Shown: positions 37,674 to 48,134 of the stretch, piece after piece
How the letters are laid out: the number at the start of each line of letters is the position of its first letter
Numbering within the stretch: position 1 is the first letter of the stretch
Assembly (NCBI GenBank): GCA_048538275.1
Contig: JBLYPW010000002.1
Location: 103,927 to 167,926, forward strand
DNA from: Candidatus Komeilibacteria bacterium
GTDB taxonomy: Bacteria; Patescibacteriota; Patescibacteriia; UBA1558
Length of the DNA stretch: 64,000 nucleotides
Direction: 5' to 3'
Translations under genes and position numbers: made by a program
The notes under the pieces: generated by a model
What the model saw: only the letters and a program-made list of their open reading frames with translations
Told to the model about the DNA's origin: nothing
Database searches by the model: none

Positions 37674-38713
37674 TTCATTTTCCTAAAATATGGGGAGAGA
37701 AAAAGAGTTGGCGGCGGCGCGGTTATTATTTGTGGTTTATAGTGGTTTTGTTATTGGGCTTGGTTATTTATTTATTTAGTATGAGTATTATTCCAGCGGG
37801 TGGTTATGATTATGGTATAACATTTAGTGATACCTATGCTACTGAATTAGGGTTAGATTGGAAAGATACTTATATAAGTTTATTGGACGATTTAGAGTTT
37901 AAAAATTTACGTTTGATGACTTATTGGGATGAAATAGAGATGGTTCCTGGACAATTTAATTGGGAGAAAATAGATTGGCAAGTGCAACAAGCGGCTCAGC
38001 GCCAAGCTAATATCATCATGGTAGTGGGCAGGCGTCAGCCACGCTGGCCAGAATGTCATGACCCTGGTTGGTTGAATGAGCTGAGTGTTTGGGAACAACA
38101 CCAAGCAATAAATAATTTTGTTAAGGCCACTATAGAGCATTTTAAGACGGCCGATAATATCATTGCTTGGCAGGTGGATAATGAAGTTTTTTTAACTACC
38201 TTTGGCGATTGTCCGCTGATTAGCGCTAGTCAATACGAGCAAAGACTCAATTTGGTTAAAAGTTTGGATAGTCGTCCTATTATTAGTACAGAGAGTGGCG
38301 AATTGTCCACTTGGTGGCGCAGCGCTCGCTTAAATAATATATTGGGAGTGAGCGTGTATCGCAATACCTGGACCAAATGGTATGGTAAGTTTTATTATCC
38401 TTTGCCACCTTTTTATTATTATCTAAAAGCAAAATTATTGATGTGGCTGACGCCTTTGCAAAAGGTTTTTGTTTCAGAATTACAATTGGAACCATGGAGT
38501 GATATACCATTAGCGGAAATGGAATTAGCTGATCAGTTAGAGAGTATGAACATTGATACTTTTTGGAAAAATATTCGCTATGCTCAGCGTATAGGATTTT
38601 CTGATATTTATCTTTGGGGAGGGGAGTGGTGGTATTGGTTGAAAGTTAAACGTGGAGATGACAGTTTTTGGCAGGCGGCTAAGCAGGTATTAGATAATGA
38701 TAATAGAGATTAA
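37670..38713 (+). CDS. Membrane-anchored clan GH-A glycoside hydrolase-like protein
   Basis: RLMTYWDEIE, PRWPECH, WQVDNE and SELQLEPW. Confidence 0.75.
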   Translation: MIHFPKIWGEKKSWRRRGYYLWFIVVLLLGLVIYLFSMSIIPAGGYDYGITFSDTYATELGLDWKDTYISLLDDLEFKNLRLMTYWDEIEMVPGQFNWEKIDWQVQQAAQRQANIIMVVGRRQPRWPECHDPGWLNELSVWEQHQAINNFVKATIEHFKTADNIIAWQVDNEVFLTTFGDCPLISASQYEQRLNLVKSLDSRPIISTESGELSTWWRSARLNNILGVSVYRNTWTKWYGKFYYPLPPFYYYLKAKLLMWLTPLQKVFVSELQLEPWSDIPLAEMELADQLESMNIDTFWKNIRYAQRIGFSDIYLWGGEWWYWLKVKRGDDSFWQAAKQVLDNDNRD

Positions 38714-38735
38714 TTAAAAAATAATAGAGTTTATT

Positions 38736-39587
38736 ATGAAAAGAATAAGTATAATAAAAGCAGATGGCAGTAAGCGCGCTTTTAGCTATAAGAAATTATT
38801 ACATTCAGTAGAACGAGCCGGAGCTAATAGAGAAACAGCCAAGCGAGTGGCTAAATCTGTTTTAGCGCAGTTGCCTCGGGAAATAAATACCAATCAGCTT
38901 TATGATTTAATATATAAAGAATTGCGCAGTACGCATAGACCGGCGGCGCAAGTTTATTCTTTACGCCGAGCTTTGGCTGATTTGCCGCCGGAAGTATGGG
39001 AGAAATATATTGCAAAATTGTTTTCTTATTATGGTTATATTACGACATGGAATGTGATAGTGCCGGGCGCTAGCGTAGAACATCAAGTGGATGTTATTGC
39101 AAAACGAGATGATAAAGTTTGGCTGATAGAATGTAAGCATCATTACGATTATCATCGCGACACCGGCTTGGGCGAAATTTTACAGGTACAAGCTAGATTA
39201 GAAGATGTGCAAGATGGGTATAAAATTGGTAAAAATAAATATGGTTTTACGGGTGCTTGGTTAGTAACTAATACAAAATTTTCTAATCATAATAAACGTT
39301 ATGCCGAAGCAAAAAAAATAAATTTAAGCGGTTGGCGTTATCCGGAGAAATATAGTTTAGAGCGCCTGATACAAGATAAGGCAGTTTATCCGCTTACTAT
39401 TCTTTCATTGGATAAGCAGAGTCGTCATTGGTTAATGAATAATAACATTCTTACCTTGCAAGACGTCTTAGCAAATGGCAATAAGATTATAAAAAATTTG
39501 GGTAAAGATAAGGCAGATCGCTTAGCTCGTCAAGTGCAGCATTTGTTGGATTTTGGTACAGAACAATCAGGCTGGACAAGATTGTAG
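38736..39587 (+). CDS. ATP-cone plus Mrr-like PD-(D/E)xK nuclease protein
   Basis: IIKADGSKRAFSYKKL ATP cone; WEKYI, QVDVIA, IECKH and LVTNTKFS. Confidence 0.82.
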   Translation: MKRISIIKADGSKRAFSYKKLLHSVERAGANRETAKRVAKSVLAQLPREINTNQLYDLIYKELRSTHRPAAQVYSLRRALADLPPEVWEKYIAKLFSYYGYITTWNVIVPGASVEHQVDVIAKRDDKVWLIECKHHYDYHRDTGLGEILQVQARLEDVQDGYKIGKNKYGFTGAWLVTNTKFSNHNKRYAEAKKINLSGWRYPEKYSLERLIQDKAVYPLTILSLDKQSRHWLMNNNILTLQDVLANGNKIIKNLGKDKADRLARQVQHLLDFGTEQSGWTRL

Positions 39588-39677
39588 TTTTTCGTTAAAC
39601 TACTGTCGTTATGTTTCTGATTTTTAGATTATATAGCATAAATTGATGTCTGGTTCTGACTACGGCGTGACAAGTTA

Positions 39678-39778
39678 TAATATATCGGGCTGTAGCGCCC
39701 CGTACAACTCAATTCTTTCGTTTACGGGGCAAGCAGTTTTAGCCACAGGCTAATTAACTTCTGGCCAAGACTAGCACC
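39678..39778 (+). pseudogene. Duplicated, palindrome-interrupted 5' fragment of tRNA-Pro
   Basis: taatatatcgggctgtagcgc (39678-98) is identical to 39807-27. The tRNA pieces cagtt, tggc and ctagc follow, separated by hairpin inserts. Confidence 0.6.
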
Positions 39779-39814
39779 AAGGTTATTTTTTTGATAGAAG
39801 AATATTTAATATAT

Positions 39815-39891
39815 CGGGCTGTAGCGCAGTTGGCTAGCGCGCCACGTTCGGGACGTGGAGGTCGGAGGTTCAAGTCCTCTCAGCCCGACCA
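39815..39891 (+). tRNA. tRNA-Pro(CGG)
   Basis: CGGGCTG/CAGCCCG acceptor stem, ttCGGga anticodon loop and CCA end. Confidence 0.95.
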
Positions 39892-39978
39892 TAAAATTTT
39901 TTCACTATAAGATTTTATGGATAATTATTTTCAAATAAAGCTAAATATTTTAAGTATCTATTATTTTAATATTGTAAT

Positions 39979-40404
39979 ATGTTAAAGAACGTATCAATAG
40001 TAGTAATAATCATTTTAGTCATTATAGCCGCGTGGTGGTATTGGTTTGATAACTCAGTCGTATCTCCGCCGCTTCAAGAAGAGCCTGCTGTTGTTATATT
40101 AGATGATTTGCGAGCTGGAGATGTGATCAGTAGTCCATTAACTTTTCATGGTCAGGCACGGGGTTGGTGGTTTTTTGAAGCCAGCTTCCCGGTACATATA
40201 TTGGATGATAAAGATAATATTATAGCTACCGGTTTAGCTACGGCTAGTAGTGATTGGATGACTGAGGATTATGTTCCTTTTACCGCTCAGATAAAATTTA
40301 CTGTCCCGCCAGGAGTAAAAGGCACATTGGTATTACAAAAAGATAATCCTTCCGGTTTACCAGAACATGATGCCAGTATCATTCTACCAATAAAATTTAA
40401 GTAG
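39979..40404 (+). CDS. Gmad2 immunoglobulin-like domain protein
   Basis: N-terminal TM; ISSPL, GWWFFEASFP and KDNPSG. Confidence 0.85.
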   Translation: MLKNVSIVVIIILVIIAAWWYWFDNSVVSPPLQEEPAVVILDDLRAGDVISSPLTFHGQARGWWFFEASFPVHILDDKDNIIATGLATASSDWMTEDYVPFTAQIKFTVPPGVKGTLVLQKDNPSGLPEHDASIILPIKFK

Positions 40405-40405
40405 T

Positions 40406-40708
40406 ATGGCTTTTATTCGTCAGAAAGAGGATTTTGTTTGTACTCACTGTGGTCAGTCGGTAACCGGTGATGGCTATACCAATCATTGTCCGCATTGCTT
40501 ATATTCCCGCCACGTAGATATAGAGCCGGGGGATAGAGCAGCCGTTTGCAATGGCATGATGGCGCCGTTTGATTGGGAACAGCAAGGCAAGGAAATTGTT
40601 ATTATCCATCGTTGTGAAAAATGCGGTTTAATTCGACGCAATCGTCTGCAAGCGGGGGATAACCAAGAAATCATATTAGAACTTAGTCAGCGCAAGAGCA
40701 GAGAGTAA
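40406..40708 (+). CDS. RNHCP domain protein
   Basis: FVCTHCG, YTNHCPHCLYSRHVD, PGDRA and HRCEKCG. Confidence 0.9.
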   Translation: MAFIRQKEDFVCTHCGQSVTGDGYTNHCPHCLYSRHVDIEPGDRAAVCNGMMAPFDWEQQGKEIVIIHRCEKCGLIRRNRLQAGDNQEIILELSQRKSRE

Positions 40709-40769
40709 TTAGTTTTGAGGTATAAAAAAACCCCTACCAAGTTAATCTCAATAGGGGGTTTGGTTGTTT

Positions 40770-40985
40770 TTAGCCAGCAATACGCTGGCTTAATTTTTTT
40801 CCAATCAAGACGATAATTGATGCGAGAAGCCACACCGCTGTTATCGCAAATATTGGGTATTGTTCAAGATTTTTGATAATGGCACCCGCTGTGCCGTGGC
40901 TTGCTGCGTAGGAGAATAGAAGCGCCGTGTAAAACGTTATTGTAAGTAACATCCCCCACGCCATGCTTTCGCACATACTTTTCAT
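40770..40985 (-). CDS. Small hypothetical membrane protein
   Basis: Two TM segments; AGGAAGG upstream of the ATG at 40985. Confidence 0.5.
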   Translation of the reverse strand: MKSMCESMAWGMLLTITFYTALLFSYAASHGTAGAIIKNLEQYPIFAITAVWLLASIIVLIGKKLSQRIAG

Positions 40986-41304
40986 TTTAAGTCCTTCCTG
41001 GTTTTTATTGGTCTTTTTAGAGGATGTAAATATGATAGCATATATATTATATTTTGTCAATAGGTGTTGTAAATTTTTGGCTAAAATTAGGCAATAAATT
41101 TTATATCATTATTTTATTAGTAATAAATCATTTTTTTATATATTTGTTTGGCCTTAAGACAATGCCTAAATTGAATTATGATGAAGGTAAACAGCTTAAT
41201 CATAATTGGAAATCAGTTGCCGTTCAAACGCCAACTTATCGATCAGATACGGAAGACCATGACGCATGATCTTCTCGTGTCGTAAAAGAGGGTATAATAT
41301 TAAT

Positions 41305-42174
41305 CTATATCCTCTTTCTTTTTTTTAGTATAATTTTAGCTGGACAGCTAGAATTTATTTGAGAAGATTTAGAGATTATTTCTAGCAGTGCCAGGTGTTC
41401 ATTATTTAGTAGCTTTAAACTGTTTGTCAAGAGTGATAATATTGCAAGAGCTTTGTTTCGCAGTGTAGATGATGGGTATCTTAGTATATCTGATGAGAGA
41501 ATATCAAATAGTTTAGATTTCTCAGTATTAGGTAGATTTGTAACTAGTGGTATTAGTTGTAATAGTATAATATTTTTCTCTTTTTCTGATCCAGTAGTAA
41601 GATTTTTCAGTAATTTTTTAAATAGTATAGAATCCTTTTTTACCCAGCTCATAGCATATAATTCCTCATAGGTGTAGTTATTTTCATTATCACGATTAAG
41701 TAAATTATTATCTGTATCCTCCATTATCTGGTTGATTTTTTTTTCGATTTTGTATAATTGTCTATTCTGTGAAAATAACATTCCATCAATTTTTATATAT
41801 TTTATATTTACATTTGATTTTTCAAATAGAAGTTCAGATAATTTTTCATGCTTCTTTATAATAGAATTTAGTTTATTATTTTGGTTTGAAGATTGTTTTT
41901 TTGGGCCTATCATTTGAAGTAGTTTAGGATTTTTGGTTATATCTATATTGATTACAGTATGTCCCTTATCTGGATAATAAGGATTCATTGTAGAACACAC
42001 AATCCAATTATTCTTTTCTAATTCATGAATTATTTTTTTTATAATAAATCTAAATTCTTTTGTGTTATATTTATTACCTAAATAGTATCCAACAATTTTT
42101 GGATTGTTTTCTAAAATAGGTAGAGATGATCCGCTATATGACCACAATTCAATGTCTTTGAGAGTGTATTTCAT
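41305..42174 (-). CDS. Hypothetical protein (very AT-rich; helical-repeat-like C-terminus)
   Basis: Long ORF; TATAAT just upstream of the ATG at 42174. Confidence 0.6.
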   Translation of the reverse strand: MKYTLKDIELWSYSGSSLPILENNPKIVGYYLGNKYNTKEFRFIIKKIIHELEKNNWIVCSTMNPYYPDKGHTVINIDITKNPKLLQMIGPKKQSSNQNNKLNSIIKKHEKLSELLFEKSNVNIKYIKIDGMLFSQNRQLYKIEKKINQIMEDTDNNLLNRDNENNYTYEELYAMSWVKKDSILFKKLLKNLTTGSEKEKNIILLQLIPLVTNLPNTEKSKLFDILSSDILRYPSSTLRNKALAILSLLTNSLKLLNNEHLALLEIISKSSQINSSCPAKIILKKRKRI

Positions 42175-42296
42175 GCAATTATTATAACATAAATTGGGCT
42201 TATTTATATAATTATAACCTTGGTGAGTGTTCACGTAGAAAATAGGGTATTTTAGAACCATTTTTTTGTAAGATTTATATTTATTACAATCTATTC

Positions 42297-42324
42297 TTGA
42301 CAATATTTTAGAAACTACTATAAT
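42297..42324 (+). promoter_or_regulatory. Sigma70 promoter of the hrcA operon
   Basis: TTGACA (42297-302), 16 nt, TATAAT (42319-24). Confidence 0.85.
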
Positions 42325-42328
42325 GGAA

Positions 42329-42355
42329 TTAGCACTCTTGAATGGAGAGTGCTAA
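42329..42355 (+). promoter_or_regulatory. CIRCE element
   Basis: Perfect TTAGCACTC-N9-GAGTGCTAA. Confidence 0.97.
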
Positions 42356-42366
42356 TAGGAAAACTT

Positions 42367-43074
42367 ATGACTTTAAATAGCAGACAAGAAAAATTACTGT
42401 ATTCTATTATTGATCAGTATGTTAAAACCGCAGAGCCGGTTGGTTCCAAACCTTTAGTAGATAGCGGTAAATTTTCGGTTTCACCAGCCACTATTCGTAA
42501 TGAAATGGCCGAATTGGAGAAAAATGGCTTAGTTTGCCAACCGTACACTTCTGCTGGTCGCATTCCCACCGAAGCTGGATTTCGTTATTATTTAGAGCAG
42601 AAATTACAGTCTGGCAAATTAGCTCAAGCAGATATAAAGCGATTGCAAAAATATTTAAATAAATTGAATGATGAACAGTTAGAAATTGTTATTAAACAAA
42701 GTGCTAAAGAGGTGGCGACTATGGTCAATGCCGCCGTAATTGCCGCTTTTGGACCAGGACAAGTTTATTTTACTGGTATCAGCAATGTTTTTAAACAACC
42801 TGAATTTTATCGTCCGGATATGATTATAAATATTAGTAGAGTGATTGATCATTTGGATCAAGTATTGCTAAGCTTATTGGACGCCATTGATAATACTCAG
42901 GTATTTATAGGTAGCGACAATCCTTTTGGTGAAGACACGGGTGCTATAATTAGCTCTTATCAGTATGATGATGAGCATAAAGGCTTATTTGGTATTTTAG
43001 GTCCGATACGCATGGATTATCAACGTAATTTTAATATTGTTAATTATTTAACCAAGCAAATATCTCATGTCTAA
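42367..43074 (+). CDS. hrcA: Heat-inducible repressor HrcA (short form)
   Basis: EPVGS, SPATIRNEMAELE, TSAGRIPT and GPIRMDY. Confidence 0.95.
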   Translation: MTLNSRQEKLLYSIIDQYVKTAEPVGSKPLVDSGKFSVSPATIRNEMAELEKNGLVCQPYTSAGRIPTEAGFRYYLEQKLQSGKLAQADIKRLQKYLNKLNDEQLEIVIKQSAKEVATMVNAAVIAAFGPGQVYFTGISNVFKQPEFYRPDMIINISRVIDHLDQVLLSLLDAIDNTQVFIGSDNPFGEDTGAIISSYQYDDEHKGLFGILGPIRMDYQRNFNIVNYLTKQISHV

Positions 43075-43552
43075 GAAAACAGCGGCTGATGGCAAATTGA
43101 TTGAAGAATTGCAAGCCAAAGTGGCCGAATATCAACAGGGCTGGCAACGGGCCCGTGCCGACTATGAAAATTTACAAAAAGAAACGACACAATGGAAAGA
43201 ATCATTCGGTCAATACGCGCAACGTACATTACTACAAGAATTATTACCGGTAATAAACCATTATGAATTAGCATTACAGCATATACCGGTAGAACAAAAA
43301 GAGGCTGATTGGATAAAAGGCATATATCATATTCATAAACAGCTGCAAGATTTTATGACTAAGATGGGTATGACTAAAATTGATACGGTGGGACAACCTT
43401 TTGATCATCAATGGCATGAGGCGGTTGGTGAAGATCAAGATGAGAATCAGCCGGACGGTATTATTTTAAAAGAAATGCAGGTTGGTTGGCGACAAGGAGA
43501 TAATGTTTTACAGCCAGCCAAAGTCATAGTAAATAATTTAGAAAAAAAATAA
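43067..43552 (+). CDS. grpE: Nucleotide exchange factor GrpE
   Basis: RARADYEN, FDHQWHEAV and PAKVIV. Confidence 0.95.
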   Translation: MSKKTAADGKLIEELQAKVAEYQQGWQRARADYENLQKETTQWKESFGQYAQRTLLQELLPVINHYELALQHIPVEQKEADWIKGIYHIHKQLQDFMTKMGMTKIDTVGQPFDHQWHEAVGEDQDENQPDGIILKEMQVGWRQGDNVLQPAKVIVNNLEKK

Positions 43553-43611
43553 TTAACTCATCCGTGCTGGCAAAATAAGCTGCACGAGATGATATAAAGG
43601 AGATAAATAAT

Positions 43612-44043
43612 ATGTCAATTATTCGTTGGACACCAATGCTGGATCCATTTGAGGAAATGGATAATATGTTGAGCCGCTTTAATCCTAGTGGTTTTAGCAA
43701 TGCTTTTGTACCGGCGATGGACGTCTATCAGACGGATAAAAGTGTAGTGGCAAAAGTGGCTTTACCAGGCATTGATCCTAAAGACGTAAAGATTTCCATT
43801 GCCAATGACGTATTAACCGTTGAAGGAAGCGCGCAAAAGGAAACAGAAGTAGATGAGGCGGATTATTATCGTAAGGAAGTGCGTTGCGGTTCTTTTCATC
43901 GTAGCGTGGCATTACCAGCCGCCGTTGACGGCGACAAAGCTAAGGCTGTTTATGAAGATGGCGTATTGAAGATTGATGTGCCCAAGGAAGAAAGGGTACA
44001 GCCTAAAGCCGTAAAAATTGAAGTAAAAAATAAAAAGAAATAA
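43612..44043 (+). CDS. Hsp20/alpha-crystallin small heat shock protein
   Basis: PAMDVYQ, LPGI, GSFHRSVALP and AVYEDGVL. Confidence 0.95.
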   Translation: MSIIRWTPMLDPFEEMDNMLSRFNPSGFSNAFVPAMDVYQTDKSVVAKVALPGIDPKDVKISIANDVLTVEGSAQKETEVDEADYYRKEVRCGSFHRSVALPAAVDGDKAKAVYEDGVLKIDVPKEERVQPKAVKIEVKNKKK

Positions 44044-44116
44044 ATTATTATTTGTTTAGCGGGTTATCAATCTAAAGTTGATAGCTCGCAATCAGCTAAT
44101 AATGTAAATAAAGTGT

Positions 44117-44440
44117 ATGGATTTTAATAAACGTTCCATTCGTTTGGTCCAGCAATGTCCAGTCTGTAATCGCCAATATCAGGAGAATCGTGTACAGATC
44201 ATTGCGGAGGACAATAATACTTTTTTGGCTTATATGACTTGTCATTTTTGTCAGTCCAATATTATTGTCCGGGTTTTTAGCTTGCCGCAGGGACTGGTTG
44301 GAAGCGCCATCTTGACCGATTTAGCGCCCACGGAAGTTCTACACTTTATGAATCAGAGCGTTGTTTCTGCAAATGATGTTTTGGCGGTACATCAATTGAC
44401 TAGGAATGGACGACTGTGGACATTATTGCGACAAAGTTAG
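44117..44440 (+). CDS. Hypothetical zinc-ribbon protein
   Basis: CPVC and CHFC pairs. Confidence 0.75.
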   Translation: MDFNKRSIRLVQQCPVCNRQYQENRVQIIAEDNNTFLAYMTCHFCQSNIIVRVFSLPQGLVGSAILTDLAPTEVLHFMNQSVVSANDVLAVHQLTRNGRLWTLLRQS

Positions 44441-44478
44441 TTTTCAATTACTAATAATTAAATTTTAATAGAAATAAT

Positions 44479-46410
44479 ATGAGTAAAATATTAGGCATTG
44501 ACTTGGGTACAACCAACTCAGCCATGGCCATCATAGAGGGTGGACAACCCAAGATTTTGGAAAATGGTGAAGGTAATCGCACCACACCGTCAATGGTGGC
44601 GGTCAATAAGAATAATGAACGTTTGGTGGGCCTTTCCGCGAAGCGTCAAGCTGTTATCAACCCTAATAATACTTTATTTTCAATTAAACGTTTGATTGGC
44701 CGTCGTTTTGACGAGCCAGAAGTGCAAGAGGACGTTAAAACCATGCCTTATAAAATCAAACAGGCAGGCGAAGGTATCAAAATTACTATGGGTGACAAGG
44801 ATTATTCGCCACAGGAAATATCTGCTATGATTTTGCAAAAGTTAAAAAGTGATGCAGAATCAAAATTAGGTGAAAAAATTACTGAGGCGGTTATTACCGT
44901 GCCGGCTTATTTTGACGACTCACAACGCCAAGCTACCAAAGATGCAGGTGAGATTGCTGGTTTAAAAGTGAAGCGTATTATCAATGAGCCTACCGCAGCT
45001 GCTTTAGCTTATGGTTTTGACAAAAAGAAAGATCAACAAATCGCGGTTTATGATTTAGGCGGTGGTACATTTGATATTTCTATTTTGGAGGTGGCTAGTG
45101 ATACGGTGGAAGTAAAGTCTACCAACGGTGATACTCATTTGGGTGGGGATGATTTTGATCAACGTATCATTCAATGGTTGATAGACGAATTTAAAAAAGA
45201 TCAGGGTATTGATTTATCTGGTGACCAAACTGCTTTGCAACGTCTCAAAGAATCTGCGGAGAAAGCTAAAATTGAATTGTCTACTCAGTCGGAAACTGAA
45301 ATTAATCAGCCCTTCATTACCACCGACGCCAATGGTCCAAAACATTTGGTTATTAAAATGACTAGAGCAAAGCTGGAAGAGCTAGTTGGTAATTTAGTTA
45401 AAAAAACTTTAGAGCCTGTAGAAAAAGCTATTAGTGATGCTGGTTTTAAGAAAGATGACATTGATGAAATTATCATGGTTGGTGGTATGACTCGTATGCC
45501 CTTGGTACAAAAGATAGTGGAAGAGTATTTTGGTAAGAAACCTAATATTTCTATGAATCCCGATGAGGTGGTGGCAATGGGTGCGGCTGTACAAGCTGGA
45601 GTTTTGCAGGGTGATGTAAAGGATGTGTTGTTATTGGATGTTACTCCTTTGACTTTAGGCATTGAAACTTTGGGTGGTGTAGCTACTCCTTTGATCGAGC
45701 GTAATACAACTATCCCAACATCTAAGTCTCAGATTTTTTCTACCGCGGCCGATAATCAAACTTCTGTAGAGATTCACGTGGTGCAGGGGGAGCGCCCCAT
45801 GGTACAGGATAATAAGTCCTTGGGCCGCTTTATTCTATCCGGTATTCCGCCATCACCACGAGGAGTGCCACAGGTAGAAGTTACTTTTGATTTGGATGCT
45901 AACGGTATATTGAATGTGAAGGCACAAGACAAAGCAACCGGTAAGGAGCAATCCATTACCATCACCGCTTCATCTGGTTTATCCAAAGATGAGGTAGAGA
46001 AAATGAAAAAAGAAGCAGAGGCTCACGCAGATGAGGATAAGAAAAAGAAGGAAAGTATAGAGATAAAGAACAATGCTGATGCCGTTATCTTTAATACCGA
46101 AAATATTCTTAAGGAAAATGGTGATAAGGTGCCAGAGGACATCAAAAAAGAAGTTACGGAAAAATTGGAAGCTTTGAAAAAAGTGAAGGACGGTGAGGAC
46201 ATAGAAGCTATCAAAAAGGCTTTGGAAGAAGTGAATCAGACAGTTAGTAAGATTGGTCAGGCCATGTATAAAGATCAGGCGGCGGCCGGCGCTCAAGCCG
46301 GTGCTGGTGATCAGGCACAGGCTGAGCAAAAAGATGATCAATCAGCTGATGATAAGCAGGAAACCGTGGAAGGCGAGTATGAAGAGGTAAAAGAGGAACC
46401 GAGTAAATAA
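44479..46410 (+). CDS. dnaK: Chaperone DnaK
   Basis: [15 protein letters not shown] and DLGGGTFD. Confidence 0.99.
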   Translation: MSKILGIDLGTTNSAMAIIEGGQPKILENGEGNRTTPSMVAVNKNNERLVGLSAKRQAVINPNNTLFSIKRLIGRRFDEPEVQEDVKTMPYKIKQAGEGIKITMGDKDYSPQEISAMILQKLKSDAESKLGEKITEAVITVPAYFDDSQRQATKDAGEIAGLKVKRIINEPTAAALAYGFDKKKDQQIAVYDLGGGTFDISILEVASDTVEVKSTNGDTHLGGDDFDQRIIQWLIDEFKKDQGIDLSGDQTALQRLKESAEKAKIELSTQSETEINQPFITTDANGPKHLVIKMTRAKLEELVGNLVKKTLEPVEKAISDAGFKKDDIDEIIMVGGMTRMPLVQKIVEEYFGKKPNISMNPDEVVAMGAAVQAGVLQGDVKDVLLLDVTPLTLGIETLGGVATPLIERNTTIPTSKSQIFSTAADNQTSVEIHVVQGERPMVQDNKSLGRFILSGIPPSPRGVPQVEVTFDLDANGILNVKAQDKATGKEQSITITASSGLSKDEVEKMKKEAEAHADEDKKKKESIEIKNNADAVIFNTENILKENGDKVPEDIKKEVTEKLEALKKVKDGEDIEAIKKALEEVNQTVSKIGQAMYKDQAAAGAQAGAGDQAQAEQKDDQSADDKQETVEGEYEEVKEEPSK

Positions 46411-46495
46411 TTGATATTTTGAGAAGGGCGGTAGTGAGCTGTTAATGTGGCGGCTGCCGCCTTAGTGTTTATTTAATTATTGATTAGTCAAATTT

Positions 46496-46795
46496 ATGAC
46501 AGATAATAAAGCGACGCAATCAGCTGAAATAAAAATAGCTGACAATATTGCCGGAGCTGAATATACCAATGCCATGCAGGTGCGACACAATCAAGATGAA
46601 TTTCATATGATTTTTATGAATGTAGTGCCACCAGCTGGCCGAGTAGCTAGTAAAATCGTGACTACTCCCGGGCATATGAAACGGATAGCAGCTGCTTTGC
46701 AGGACAATATAAAAAAATATGAAGAACAGTTTGGAGTTATTAGTGAAGCGCAGGCACCGACTGATTTGGGTTTTAGTGATCGCAAACAAAAATAA
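46496..46795 (+). CDS. DUF3467-like protein
   Basis: YTN..V.H...EF, TPGHMKR and YEEQFGVI pattern. Confidence 0.75.
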   Translation: MTDNKATQSAEIKIADNIAGAEYTNAMQVRHNQDEFHMIFMNVVPPAGRVASKIVTTPGHMKRIAAALQDNIKKYEEQFGVISEAQAPTDLGFSDRKQK

Positions 46796-46798
46796 ATT

Positions 46799-47917
46799 AT
46801 GGCCAAAGATTATTATAAAATTTTAGGCGTTGATAAAACCGCTAGTAAAGAGGAAATAAAAAAAGCTTTCCGTAAATTAGCGCATGAGCATCATCCTGAC
46901 AAAGGCAATGGCAATGATGCGAAGTTTAAAGAAATTAACGAGGCTTACCAAGTATTATCTAATGATGATAAAAGACGGCAATATGACCAGTTTGGTAGTG
47001 GCGGTCCTTTTGGTTTTGATGGTGGGCGAGCAGGTGCTGGCCAGGCCGGGGGTATGAATTGGCAAGATTTTGCTAGGCAGCAGCAGGCTGGGGGAGGAGG
47101 TTTTGATTTTGGTGATTTGGGTGATATTTTTGGTAGTTGGGGAGATATTTTTGGTTTTGGTGCTGGTAGTCGCGGACATGCTGGGCCGCAACACGGTCAC
47201 GATATTGAAGCACGATTGCGAGTTAGTTTTGCTGAGGCCTATCATGGAGTGGAGAAAGTTTTGCCATTAAAACGTCGGGTAAAATGTGAACATTGTCATG
47301 GTAATGGCGCTGAACCAGGTAGCAAAATATCAACCTGTAGTACATGTCAGGGTAAAGGCAGGGTGCAGCGCGTACAACAAAGTATTTTTGGTCAGATTGC
47401 TAGTACTGTTATTTGTCCGGATTGTCAGGGTGCTGGTGAACGAGCCGAAAAACCTTGCAGCAAATGTCAGGGCATTGGCGTACAAGATAAGCAGGAGACT
47501 ATCAAGGTAAAAGTTCCGGCAGGTATAGATAATGGTCAAACTATAAAATTAACTGGTCAGGGTGAGGCCGGAAGCAAGGGGGCGCCTAGCGGTGATTTGT
47601 ATATGACTATTGTGGTAGAGCCGGATAAAGTTTGGCGTCGGGATGGTGATGATTTGTATACCATAAAAAATATTTCATTGACGCAGGCTACTTTAGGAGA
47701 TAAGGTAGTTATCGTGACCATGGATGGTAAGGTAAACTTGAAAATACCGGCCGGCACAGTGGCGGGAAAGCGATTTATGATCAAAGGCAAGGGCATGCCC
47801 AAATTGCATGGGCGTGGTCAAGGTAATTTGTATGTGGAAATAAAGATAAATATACCTGATAAGTTGAGTCGTGAACAAAAGAAATTATTAGAAAAATTAA
47901 GAGAAACAGGATTATAG
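46799..47917 (+). CDS. dnaJ: Chaperone DnaJ
   Basis: J domain with HPD, G/F-rich region and four CxxCxGxG repeats. Confidence 0.98.
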   Translation: MAKDYYKILGVDKTASKEEIKKAFRKLAHEHHPDKGNGNDAKFKEINEAYQVLSNDDKRRQYDQFGSGGPFGFDGGRAGAGQAGGMNWQDFARQQQAGGGGFDFGDLGDIFGSWGDIFGFGAGSRGHAGPQHGHDIEARLRVSFAEAYHGVEKVLPLKRRVKCEHCHGNGAEPGSKISTCSTCQGKGRVQRVQQSIFGQIASTVICPDCQGAGERAEKPCSKCQGIGVQDKQETIKVKVPAGIDNGQTIKLTGQGEAGSKGAPSGDLYMTIVVEPDKVWRRDGDDLYTIKNISLTQATLGDKVVIVTMDGKVNLKIPAGTVAGKRFMIKGKGMPKLHGRGQGNLYVEIKINIPDKLSREQKKLLEKLRETGL

Positions 47918-48134
47918 AGAGGGTCATCAGTCAGGATAGGTTTTAAGTCTATAAGTTATATTTTTCATGGGATATTTATGAATCTATAGATTTTAAACTT
48001 ATAAACCATATCGTGTATTAGCAATTATTTTGTGCGCATTGATAGGCCTGATACTGATTTTTTCTTAATACTACTTTTGATAAAAAAACACCGTCTTGGC
48101 TGATAGGGAGGCGGTGTTTTGTTTATATGATTTT

